64,000 nucleotides of DNA from an uncultured candidate division Zixibacteria bacterium (GTDB lineage Bacteria; Zixibacteria; MSB-5A5; GN15; FEB-12), in contig CAWDXE010000007.1 of assembly GCA_963806185.1 (NCBI GenBank), positions 928,001 through 992,000 on the forward strand, read 5' to 3'. The position numbers and the translations under genes were made by a program. Below are positions 50,216 through 59,071 of the stretch, one piece after another (position 1 is the first letter of the stretch; each line of letters begins with the position of its first letter). Below the pieces are notes generated by a model. It saw only the letters and a program-made list of their open reading frames with translations, did not search any database and was not told where the DNA came from.

Positions 50216-51549
50216 AGCGGCGGCATATGCGACCACGCCTCGGGATCCCATATTGCCTCCGGACAGGGGCCTGGATTCTTGCAGAAGCCGGCGGCGTTAC
50301 TCACCCAGACCGTGGCCACAACCATGGCCTCCATGGCCGCGGCCGGGGAATCATAACAGCTTTCGCCGATGCAGTAGTATTTCTCGCCGTATTTCACCGT
50401 TCCTTCAAAATTGTTCCACCCCTGGTAGGCCGTCTTGCGTTTCGAGTGATCGCGAAAGATAAGCTTCTCGCTCGCTCCGTGCGGAGGATCAGGATTTGGG
50501 TGGGTAGCCGCCACACCGCGCGACTCGTTGGCTTTGCCTGAGCGGTCGAATTTACCGCTTCCCTTCAGCATGCCGGGATACAGATGCCCGAGCACAAATT
50601 TGTCCGGCAGGCCGAGCATTTGACAACTCTTTTGGAAGAGGTCGGCCAGGGCGTTGCATTCGGCACGTACTCCGCCGAAGATCTTCCAGACAGGATTGGG
50701 ATACGGTGCGCCCAGAAAGTAGTGGCCGATCTCCTGGCCGGAAATTACTTTGAAGACGGCATCAACATACCCCTGTTCATCGCGGGGAGACTCGGGATTA
50801 TCCGTGAAATATTTATCCACCCATGTTGTGAGCGCATACAGCCGCTTGACGGTCGGGGCGCTGCCGTACGGCTTGTCGTAGGTCAGCATGATATGGTGAG
50901 GGCCGGTGGGTCCGAGGTCAAACTTACGCTTGCCGATGTCGACCTCCCAGGACAACTGGACCTTCCAAGTCGCGATTTCATCCCACAATGGGGCTTCAGC
51001 TTCGAGGGTGGCCTCACCCCGGCCGTTTTCAATCTTAAATTCCTGGTCAACGAAAGACACTTTGAGCTGGTCACCCTTGACTCGGACGATGGCCTGCTCG
51101 GTGACGTGGTCGGCAGGCAGTGCTTCCACTTCGACAGTGATCTTGAGTTTCTGATGCTTGGTGTGTGAGATAGGGGAGTTGAGACGAGGGGTCCACTCCG
51201 GTTTGGGGAAGCGGTTTCCCGTATCGGTCCAGTCACGTTTGTTGTCGAGGAGCAGGTCGTGATCGGAGACGAACTTCAGGCCCTTAATGGAGAGGGATTC
51301 TATCTTGCGTGGGGCACGCCGGAAGAAACGAAAGATGCCGCCCGTGTGACTTCGGGCGCGATTGGGAGTGGCAGGAATCCAGACACGCTCGCCAACCGAG
51401 AGTTCGTTATGGTCAGGGTGTTTCTTTCGAAAGCTCTCGTTCCGGTCGTGGTAGTAGATCACTTTCCAGTCGGCCAGACCGTAGGTTCGGGCCAGGCGTG
51501 AGAGCGACTCTCCACGCTCGACAACATGATAGAATCCACCGTTGCTCAT
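50212..51549 (-). CDS. LysM-domain protein with transglutaminase/papain-like C-terminus, candidate T6SS effector
   Basis: HVVERGESLSRLARTYG...ELSVGERVWIP; AECNALADLF...CQMLGL helix. Confidence 0.6.
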   Translation of the reverse strand: MSNGGFYHVVERGESLSRLARTYGLADWKVIYYHDRNESFRKKHPDHNELSVGERVWIPATPNRARSHTGGIFRFFRRAPRKIESLSIKGLKFVSDHDLLLDNKRDWTDTGNRFPKPEWTPRLNSPISHTKHQKLKITVEVEALPADHVTEQAIVRVKGDQLKVSFVDQEFKIENGRGEATLEAEAPLWDEIATWKVQLSWEVDIGKRKFDLGPTGPHHIMLTYDKPYGSAPTVKRLYALTTWVDKYFTDNPESPRDEQGYVDAVFKVISGQEIGHYFLGAPYPNPVWKIFGGVRAECNALADLFQKSCQMLGLPDKFVLGHLYPGMLKGSGKFDRSGKANESRGVAATHPNPDPPHGASEKLIFRDHSKRKTAYQGWNNFEGTVKYGEKYYCIGESCYDSPAAAMEAMVVATVWVSNAAGFCKNPGPCPEAIWDPEAWSHMPPL

Positions 51550-52448
51550 GACTTGTCTTCGCGGCCGACGATCTGGTCAAGACTCGGCCATTCGATCACC
51601 ACTTCACCGGGCGGGAGGTCCTCTTCCTTCAAGTTGCCGTCGGCGTCGAGCTTTCCCTTCCGCTCTGAACCATCAGCCAGATGCAGGACATAATCCTCGT
51701 TGGCGACGGGGTTGCCGCTTTCATCAAGCACCTGCAGTTGGAGCCAGTCCTTAAACCGCAGGAGCCCGCTCGCCTGATCGACGCCATATTCGGTGCCGTC
51801 GACGCGGACGGTGAAGAAATACTCCGGATGGGCATAACTGCCGCCGTGCTCGGCCAGCTCATCGTTGGTGGGGATTTCGTCGACGTCCTCGTAATACTCG
51901 TACTCCCATTTCAGGTCGAACTTGCCGTCGTTGACCTGAACCGGCAGCTCCACTATCGGGTCGTGACACCCGTCGGCGTCGAATTCGTACACCACAAGTG
52001 TGACTTCCCAGCCGCTCGGCACACCTTTAACTTTACCCGAGAGTCCTACGATATCACCGCGTGTGGCCCGGTCCGCGCTCCATTTGAGTTCGCTGACTAC
52101 GACAGGCGGGCGGGCGGGAATGTGGTCGGATTCTCCCTTCACGCCGTTTTTGGACAGCTCAACTTCAAAATATACGGAGTCGCCGGATTCGATATCATCA
52201 GGAATGGGAATGGCACCCAGGAATCGGTTGCCCCGAACCTCACCCTCGATCTTACCCAGTTTCTTCCCCTTGTCGCTTTTGCCGGTCAATTTTATGGGGG
52301 CACCGTGTCCGACAAAGGCAGTCAGCACTTCACAGCGAGCGTCCTGGCCGCCGAAGGCAACCGAAGAGAGCCAATGGGCGGAGACAAGCGACGGATCGAG
52401 CTTGATCTTTTCTTTTTTGTCGGTGCTGACGGTGTGGGTTTCCGACAT
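51546..52448 (-). CDS. T6SS-associated acidic beta protein with transthyretin-like C-terminal module (candidate adaptor)
   Basis: C-terminal about 180 aa visibly similar to the C-terminus of the PAAR protein (VLDESGNPVANEDYVLHLADGSERKGKLDADG). Confidence 0.6.
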   Translation of the reverse strand: MSETHTVSTDKKEKIKLDPSLVSAHWLSSVAFGGQDARCEVLTAFVGHGAPIKLTGKSDKGKKLGKIEGEVRGNRFLGAIPIPDDIESGDSVYFEVELSKNGVKGESDHIPARPPVVVSELKWSADRATRGDIVGLSGKVKGVPSGWEVTLVVYEFDADGCHDPIVELPVQVNDGKFDLKWEYEYYEDVDEIPTNDELAEHGGSYAHPEYFFTVRVDGTEYGVDQASGLLRFKDWLQLQVLDESGNPVANEDYVLHLADGSERKGKLDADGNLKEEDLPPGEVVIEWPSLDQIVGREDKS

Positions 52449-52459
52449 GACTGCCGCAA

Positions 52460-52891
52460 CTAATCTATGGGTGTAAAACTCTCTAAGATTTTCTCTACCT
52501 GACGACCGATGGTCTTGGCCGTTTTCTTGGAGAAATTGGCCGTGATGGTATAGGCGATACCGCCCGTAATAATGAAGATCAGTTTGCGGATTTCCGCCTG
52601 TTGGGGAGCCGGCGTGGTGGCATAGGCGAATTCATAGGCGGTAAGGCCATTTCCCAATTCCCGTTCTTCGGATTTCAGTGTCCTGGCATCGGGACGGGAC
52701 GCGAGCGTCTGGTCAATGTGCGAACGCGCGTATTCGCGAAGGGACTGCTTTCCGGCCTCGCGATCGAGTGTAATGACGAGGGTATGGTACACGCCTGACT
52801 CCTGGGGACCGCTGAAGGTGTACACGGTCTGCTCGTGCCAGTCGGATGGGAGTTTGAGATCGAAGCCGGGGTGTCGTCCTGATTTCGCCAT
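52460..52891 (-). CDS. DcrB/PsbP-like (DUF1795/Eag-like) candidate effector chaperone
   Basis: LKLPSDWHEQTVYTF, LVITLD, SLREYA, AYTIT, ILESF; 143 aa. Confidence 0.7.
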   Translation of the reverse strand: MAKSGRHPGFDLKLPSDWHEQTVYTFSGPQESGVYHTLVITLDREAGKQSLREYARSHIDQTLASRPDARTLKSEERELGNGLTAYEFAYATTPAPQQAEIRKLIFIITGGIAYTITANFSKKTAKTIGRQVEKILESFTPID

Positions 52892-52893
52892 GA

Positions 52894-53673
52894 CTATTCG
52901 CCTGTTGAAGTCCAATCGCCAAGTTCGCGCACCAACTGGCCGTTTCTCCAGATAAGATAATACGTCCTGTTCCGAAGGGAAGTGCCGGTGCTGTCGATTT
53001 CGCCCTCGACGCCCTCGACCACGGTCTTCCCGTCGCCGAGATGGGACGAGGGTTCCGTGGCAATAGCAGAATCAAGAATGGGTACGAGCATCTCGTGGAC
53101 ATGGGTTTGATCGGTGCCAAATGACCAGGTCGCTGTGCCGACGCCCGGCGTGTTGATCGAGGTAGAGTCGAAGATCACGAAGCGCCAGGTAAGGAGACCA
53201 TCCTCGGCACAGCGCTGAGCCAATACCACGGGACTGGCAACCGAATCGCTCAAACGGGCCATAACAACTGATTGGCAACTGATTTCCTCCCATACGTCGC
53301 TCGTGTCGCCGGCTGATCTGAGCAGTTGATGACCGACAATCTCGGACGGAGGAATAGCATTGAAGTAGAGGATTTTGGTTTCCCAATCGGGCCCGTAAGG
53401 AGTGTATGGGTGCACTCTTTGATCGAGGGGCACGGAGACAATCAGCAGCGGCGTTTGAGCGCCACCGAACGAGATTGCCGTGTCCAACTCCACGAAAGAG
53501 TCCTTTCGCTGGGTCTGGGTTACCCAGTTGCGGGCGTCATCGCGTGTGGGTTGGTGGCTCGTTTGGGCAACTTCACGAGCGCAGCCAATCATCGTCAGAA
53601 GGGCCGCTGCGGCAAGGCAGGTCAAGAGCGATATTCTCGGGAAAGTACTCGACAGATTCATCGTGGGTTCCAT
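52894..53673 (-). CDS. Lipoprotein, candidate immunity protein
   Basis: Lipobox-like LLTMIGC; starts 1 nt after the 777-aa gene. Confidence 0.6.
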   Translation of the reverse strand: MEPTMNLSSTFPRISLLTCLAAAALLTMIGCAREVAQTSHQPTRDDARNWVTQTQRKDSFVELDTAISFGGAQTPLLIVSVPLDQRVHPYTPYGPDWETKILYFNAIPPSEIVGHQLLRSAGDTSDVWEEISCQSVVMARLSDSVASPVVLAQRCAEDGLLTWRFVIFDSTSINTPGVGTATWSFGTDQTHVHEMLVPILDSAIATEPSSHLGDGKTVVEGVEGEIDSTGTSLRNRTYYLIWRNGQLVRELGDWTSTGE

Positions 53674-53674
53674 T

Positions 53675-56008
53675 CTATGCGGTCAAATAGCAATACAGCC
53701 ACTGTTTCGCAATCGGTGGTTGGGGTTTTGGATCGCCGTCCATTATTTCAACCCTGGTCAGAAGTTTCTGGCTCACCAGTTTGTCTGCGATCGCCTTCAC
53801 TTGCTGCAACGCCTTGTTTTGTTCCTGCTCCAGAGCCGACAATGCCTGTGCCTTCGCCGAATCTCCTTTGGCGGCCGACTTCTCATACTGCTCCGCCAGT
53901 TTTCCGTAATTGAGCGGCAGGACCTCCAGCGCCAAACCGTCGCCGCCGGCCACTATTGCTCGCGGCACCACTGAATTCTTGATCCGATAGCGCAGGAGTT
54001 GGACATACTTGAGTAGATTTACGCTACAACGCATGGGAGACGCCAGTTTTTTTATATCGGCGTAGGTGAAATGGGCCGATAGCTGAGGATTCGAGTTGGG
54101 ATTGCTGGCGCCGGTGAGGTACTTGCGATCGGGCGTAAAGGCGAGTTCGTCGGCCATGGCGCCCGGCGTGCCTCCGGCAAGGGCGGCCAGTTCGTCATAG
54201 ATCAGGTCGACCTGGCGTTTCAGTTCGGGGTTGTAACCGGGGGTTGATTCGTCCGCGTCCTTTCTCCCCTGCCACTCCCACGGCAGGTACTTGCCGCTCA
54301 CTTGACACATAGTGCGAATGAGATTACCAGCGTGCAGCCTTTTCGAATAAAGAGCGGCATTGGCGGCCGAATATTGGGGCAGGGCAAATTGTTTGAGGAA
54401 TTCCCGGCGGCCAGCCTCGGTAAAGCGAGGTTGCCTGAGGAGGAGGCCAATAAAATCGGCGGTCCCGAAGGCTGAGAAGACTCGCAGCCACGGGTTGCGC
54501 GTGGTGTGACCGGCGGTGGCGTGTGCCCAGACGGTCGCCTGATTAATACCGTTAGCCAGAAGTCCGCGCATCAATATCCACCCCAGTGATTCGGCGCCGA
54601 TTTCTTCACCGGGATCCGGCTTGCCGTACGTTTTTTCCGAGAAGCGATCGACGCCTCCAGTGATCGAACGGCCGCAGTTGCAGGCGTAGAGCGGGATGAC
54701 CAAATCCGAGGTTACATCGTTCTTGATCATACTTACGAAGTCATCGGCAGAGGTGACGGTGAGACAGCCGGGGTCACTCCAATTATCCATCTTCAGTTCT
54801 GTCTTCTGCCGGATACCGTGAGAGTAGATGGCGAGCATGGATACTTTTACCGGATCGGGCAGCGCGGGGTCGGTGATGCCTTTGAGTTTAGACTTTAGTG
54901 TGGTGAGGCTTGAGCCGATTTTCTTGTAACTGTCGATTTGATAGAAGCCGAACCGGATCTTGCTCTTGTCTTCGTCGTAGAAGATCGTCGGCAGAGTGCT
55001 GATCATTTCCTCGGCCTGGTTCTGAAATTCCTTATTATTCAGCCCCTTCTTGATTCCAGCCTCGGCTGCGGCGATCTTGTTGTTGGCAAGGCCAATCTGC
55101 TTCTTGGCTTCTTTCAGTTTTTGGCCATTGTCTGTATCCAGATATTTTTTGTAATCAGGAGAAGTGAGGGGATCGAGGCCGGCCGGTGGCGTCGCGCCGG
55201 CTGGAACCGGGTCGTTTCCGTACGTCTTCTGCTTCCAGAGCGCGTCGGCGGCCGATTTGAAATCGGCCTTTGCCTTCTCCAGTTCTTTCTGGCCCTCAGC
55301 CTTCTTCTGCGCATTGTCTGCATTGGCTTCATCAGAAAACGCCGCGCGGTAATCGGCCACGAAGGCGACAGCGATTCCTTTGCGTTCATCCAACTGTCGA
55401 CGGATTGTTGCCTCAACATTGCGGACGACATAGGGCCGGGCGATTTTGGATTCACCGAAAGTGCGATCCAGAGACGTCGTTGTAAGGGTAGCAGCGAGTT
55501 CGAGAATACCTTCGTATTCCGGAAGGGGGATGACAAACTGGGAAGGGGATGATTCACCGGCACGGGTCAATTCAAAGGTGACCTTGCCGTAGAGCACGTT
55601 GACGTCGCTTTCGACCAGAGACGGCGACGAGGTGGGGCGGAATTGGTATCCGCCGGCAGTCCGCACAACCACGCCGGGAAAGGTTGCCAACCACTGATTC
55701 TTCCGTTCATTGAGGTCGGTCTCTTCATTGGTGAGAACGCGATTGATCGGGAAGAAATCCAATTCCCAGAGCTGGAGGTAGCAGTCGGCCGAGGTGGAGT
55801 CGGAGACGGTATCGGGCGTGTGAAAGGGAACGACGGGGATCTTGCCGGGCAGTTTGTGAGGTCCGGTCAGCGATACAGAATGCTTGTACGCCTCGACAGG
55901 ACCCGGCAGAGCATCACCAGTCTTGAGTGCGACGGTGAAAGCGGCTTCCAGTTTTGCCGGCTGCCTGGCGGCAGATTTCTTTTTCGCTTTCGCTGGTGGC
56001 GCGGCCAT
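53675..56008 (-). CDS. 777-aa candidate T6SS effector with putative clan-CD-like His/Cys dyad
   Basis: No signal peptide; coiled coil; LAIYSHG...IPLYACNCG; lies in the PAAR operon and is followed by a lipoprotein. Confidence 0.55.
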   Translation of the reverse strand: MAAPPAKAKKKSAARQPAKLEAAFTVALKTGDALPGPVEAYKHSVSLTGPHKLPGKIPVVPFHTPDTVSDSTSADCYLQLWELDFFPINRVLTNEETDLNERKNQWLATFPGVVVRTAGGYQFRPTSSPSLVESDVNVLYGKVTFELTRAGESSPSQFVIPLPEYEGILELAATLTTTSLDRTFGESKIARPYVVRNVEATIRRQLDERKGIAVAFVADYRAAFSDEANADNAQKKAEGQKELEKAKADFKSAADALWKQKTYGNDPVPAGATPPAGLDPLTSPDYKKYLDTDNGQKLKEAKKQIGLANNKIAAAEAGIKKGLNNKEFQNQAEEMISTLPTIFYDEDKSKIRFGFYQIDSYKKIGSSLTTLKSKLKGITDPALPDPVKVSMLAIYSHGIRQKTELKMDNWSDPGCLTVTSADDFVSMIKNDVTSDLVIPLYACNCGRSITGGVDRFSEKTYGKPDPGEEIGAESLGWILMRGLLANGINQATVWAHATAGHTTRNPWLRVFSAFGTADFIGLLLRQPRFTEAGRREFLKQFALPQYSAANAALYSKRLHAGNLIRTMCQVSGKYLPWEWQGRKDADESTPGYNPELKRQVDLIYDELAALAGGTPGAMADELAFTPDRKYLTGASNPNSNPQLSAHFTYADIKKLASPMRCSVNLLKYVQLLRYRIKNSVVPRAIVAGGDGLALEVLPLNYGKLAEQYEKSAAKGDSAKAQALSALEQEQNKALQQVKAIADKLVSQKLLTRVEIMDGDPKPQPPIAKQWLYCYLTA

Positions 56009-56030
56009 AATTGCGTATGCGACGGTCGCC

Positions 56031-56468
56031 TTACTCCGGTTGGCTATCGAATTCAGCTTCCTGATCGTCTGCAGTCAATTCATTTCCGGTGGGACCCTGA
56101 AAGGCATCCCGCTGATCCTCGAGCGCCGTAAACGGCACGCTGACCTCGACCGGCGTTGCCTCCGGTGGAATCGCCGGAACGATGTAACTGGCGTCACCGA
56201 CATGAAGCTGATAGTCGCCAAAGTCGGCGGGTGAGTGCTGAAACTTTCCCTGATCGTCAGTCTGGTCCTTGATTGACAGGCCGTGCCCTTCAAGCGTGAA
56301 GGCCCGTTGGGGCCACGGTTCGCCGCCGGCCTCACTCTGCAAAACGAAGGAAATTGCGCCAACACCATCGGGGAGAATCGTGAAGCTGTTCGTACGACCG
56401 GGAACAAGGCTGATCTTCTTCCCTTCGAAGGCGCTGCCATAGACATATCGGTGGTACGGGTCGCTCAT
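56031..56468 (-). CDS. Small T6SS-associated protein with transthyretin-like module
   Basis: FVLQSEAGGEPWPQRAFTL...QTDDQG...GDYQLHV; 3 nt after the PAAR gene. Confidence 0.55.
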   Translation of the reverse strand: MSDPYHRYVYGSAFEGKKISLVPGRTNSFTILPDGVGAISFVLQSEAGGEPWPQRAFTLEGHGLSIKDQTDDQGKFQHSPADFGDYQLHVGDASYIVPAIPPEATPVEVSVPFTALEDQRDAFQGPTGNELTADDQEAEFDSQPE

Positions 56469-56471
56469 GAA

Positions 56472-57620
56472 TCACTCCGGCGCGGATTCCGGTTCGGGAC
56501 GCGGAAAGTTGGGAAAACGCAGCCAGTGGATGGCGGCCGGTACCGGATCGAGGGTCGCTTTCCCGGACGAATCAAGTTTCCCGTCGCGCACTTCCCCGTT
56601 GGAGAGGAAAACCACGTAGGGTTCGTCTTTCAGGGCGTTGCCGTCTTCATCCTTGGCTTCGATTACTATCTTGTCAGTAAACGTAATCAGGGCCGAGCGC
56701 GCCTCAAGGGCTCCGATGCGGACCTTGAAGAAGTACTGCGGCAAGCTGTACGCCGAGCGGCCGTCGGAGAGGGTCGGAATCGAAGCGAAGGAAGGGTATT
56801 CGAACGCCCATTCTCTTTCGATGCCGTCGCTCTTGACGGTAACATCGGGAATGACGGTGACCATCTGATCCGGCTGTTTGATATCGCGCAGCCAGACTTC
56901 GAGCTGAGCAGGTGTGCCGTCCTCGACACCGACCGTGCTCACGGTCACCTTCACCTTGTCGCCGGCTTTGGCCTTGTCGGTCGACCACCGGGCTTGCGTG
57001 ATCGCCTTAAAAGCAACATCGTAATCACCTTCATCGGCCGCATTACGCTGGATGACGCCGGTGGACAGCTCACCGGACGACTTGCCGTCGGGATGAGTAA
57101 TTTCATGGACGACGCCCGTTATCGGGAAACCGCCCTTGTCGACTATTTGAACGTCGAGGAAGTGACCCTCAACGTCGTCTTCTTCGCTATCGCTGGAGTC
57201 TGACTCGCTTTCGGAACTTGCGTCGGTGTGACCACCTTCTTCGGCGGCGGCAGTTTCGCGATCGCCTTCTTTAGCACCGCCGCTTCCCCCTCCGCCGCCG
57301 GCTCCGCCCCCTCCCCCGCCGCTATCGCCAATCAACACGGTAGGGCATCCGCCGACGATTGAATCCGGTGGGCCGGCGCAAGTGGCCATGTCGCCCATTC
57401 TGGCAGCAGGCATTCCGCCGATAAGCACGGTTGCACTACCTTTCATAATGGGACCGCCGACGTGTGGTGGCGGCGGGACGCCGGGGTTGAGCATCGGACA
57501 GACGTGCATGTCACCCATGCGGGCGGCCGGCTGACCACCGATGAGAACCATCGGAAAGCCGACGACGATTGCTCCGCCGTGAGCGGTACTGTCACCAAGT
57601 CGAGCTGCTGGTTGGCCCAT
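56472..57620 (-). CDS. PAAR spike-tip protein with Gly/acidic linker and C-terminal extension
   Basis: Three PAAR motifs (PAARLGD, PAARMGD x2) with His/Cys ligands. Confidence 0.93.
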   Translation of the reverse strand: MGQPAARLGDSTAHGGAIVVGFPMVLIGGQPAARMGDMHVCPMLNPGVPPPPHVGGPIMKGSATVLIGGMPAARMGDMATCAGPPDSIVGGCPTVLIGDSGGGGGGAGGGGGSGGAKEGDRETAAAEEGGHTDASSESESDSSDSEEDDVEGHFLDVQIVDKGGFPITGVVHEITHPDGKSSGELSTGVIQRNAADEGDYDVAFKAITQARWSTDKAKAGDKVKVTVSTVGVEDGTPAQLEVWLRDIKQPDQMVTVIPDVTVKSDGIEREWAFEYPSFASIPTLSDGRSAYSLPQYFFKVRIGALEARSALITFTDKIVIEAKDEDGNALKDEPYVVFLSNGEVRDGKLDSSGKATLDPVPAAIHWLRFPNFPRPEPESAPE

Positions 57621-57660
57621 ATAATCGTGCGAATTCGAGCTATCGGATTTCTGTCATCAC

Positions 57661-57689
57661 AGTCTACCGGTTTTTCAAAAACCGGTCAA
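57661..57689 (-). promoter_or_regulatory. Promoter of the PAAR/effector operon with a palindrome in the spacer
   Basis: TTGACC-N17-TAGACT; ACCGGTTTTT-N-AAAAACCGGT at 57666-57686. Confidence 0.65.
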
Positions 57690-57726
57690 GTATTTGTAAC
57701 GCCTGATTATCTCCGTATGCGTGATA

Positions 57727-59046
57727 TCAAAAGCTGGCCTGAATGCCAATAGTAGGCACCCATTCCGCACGCATGCCGCCGCTATTGGTAGGCAGCAGAA
57801 CATCGGCCATAAACAGGACGCTCGACGAGGCGGCGTACTTCAGGCCGAACGAGGCGTTGTTAATGTTATCACTCTTGTAGTTCGGGATATTCGTCGGCGA
57901 CACTGTTCGCGAGACAACGGGGTTGCCGGTTGGAGAACTAATCGTCGAAATGGAGACCGCTCCCGGGAACTGGTAGGCCTTGATTTCTTCGCCAACTTCG
58001 AGATTGCCAAGCCACTCTGCCACGAGGGTGAATTTCTGACCCAGGCGGTAATCGTAGCCAAGGCCGATGTTGACTTGATCACGCTGGAACGCGCTGGAGT
58101 GAATATTATAGGTCAGATTCATGTGGGGAATGTATCCCTCCTCGGAACCCGAGACCAGCACACCGAACTTGTAACTGGCGTCGCCGGTGCCGAGGAAGTT
58201 CTTCTCGTCGCCGGTGGCCAGGCGGGCTTCGAACAAGCCGCTCACAACCGTCTTTTCAGATTTGGCCAGCATATACTTTGCGCGAAGGGCGATATCACCG
58301 ATGCCGGTAGCGGATTCATCGATGGCCGGCGGGGTCAGGGTCAGAATCGGATCACCCAGAGCTGTCGTATCATAGAAGTGGTTGGCATAACCGAACATCT
58401 CGAGCGTGTGGCTGTTGATACGAGAGGTAGGGTTGGCCTTCATGTTGATCGAGATGAACGGGACAGCCAAGCCGACGTCGAGCTTATCAGACACGCCGTA
58501 CGTGGCATACATGGCGGCGACATTGGCGGTGATATCCATCTTCATTTGCAGTTCAATGGTGTCGAATTCGTTGGGGTCGTCGCCCATGCCGTTGCCCAGT
58601 TCATCCTCGTGAAGGAAGGTGAATTTGATATCCTGCGTCTTGATACCGCGGATGCGTGTCAGCGGCATGTGAGTGAAATTCATGCCAACGTTCAGGACTT
58701 TCTTACCGAGGGTTTGCGCTCGTTCGGTGAAGATTGGTCCGGCACTGGTAGTGGCCGCGACCGGGACGCCGGAGGAGAAGTCGAAAGTCAGGCCGGCGCC
58801 GGTGGAACTGAGCGGGAACGAGGAGAGATTGCCGGAGATGTAGCTGGTGAGGGCGTCGCGAATCTGTTTGTTGACGGCTGAATTATCCGTCTTGAAGTGG
58901 TTGCCGTGCGAGCCGGGCGACAAATGAAGGTCGAGAACGGTCTTGAAAATGCCGTCCAATTGATCGCGTAGGTCGGCGGCGGCGGTGATGCCAGTCAAGG
59001 CAACACCGATGAACCCAACGTAAAGAAGTAAGCGCAGTTTTGTCAC
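57727..59046 (-). CDS. Putative outer-membrane beta-barrel protein
   Basis: Signal peptide, GIGDIALRAKY, RLATGDE..LGTG, C-terminal Phe (GIQASF). Confidence 0.7.
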   Translation of the reverse strand: MTKLRLLLYVGFIGVALTGITAAADLRDQLDGIFKTVLDLHLSPGSHGNHFKTDNSAVNKQIRDALTSYISGNLSSFPLSSTGAGLTFDFSSGVPVAATTSAGPIFTERAQTLGKKVLNVGMNFTHMPLTRIRGIKTQDIKFTFLHEDELGNGMGDDPNEFDTIELQMKMDITANVAAMYATYGVSDKLDVGLAVPFISINMKANPTSRINSHTLEMFGYANHFYDTTALGDPILTLTPPAIDESATGIGDIALRAKYMLAKSEKTVVSGLFEARLATGDEKNFLGTGDASYKFGVLVSGSEEGYIPHMNLTYNIHSSAFQRDQVNIGLGYDYRLGQKFTLVAEWLGNLEVGEEIKAYQFPGAVSISTISSPTGNPVVSRTVSPTNIPNYKSDNINNASFGLKYAASSSVLFMADVLLPTNSGGMRAEWVPTIGIQASF

Positions 59047-59071
59047 GATTAGACCTCCTATGTCCAGTTAG

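Noticed and set aside
57280..57325. C-rich low-complexity tract (possible G-quadruplex or phase-variable repeat)
   Set aside because: It encodes the Gly-rich linker of the PAAR protein using mixed codons and is not a pure homopolymer or unit repeat.
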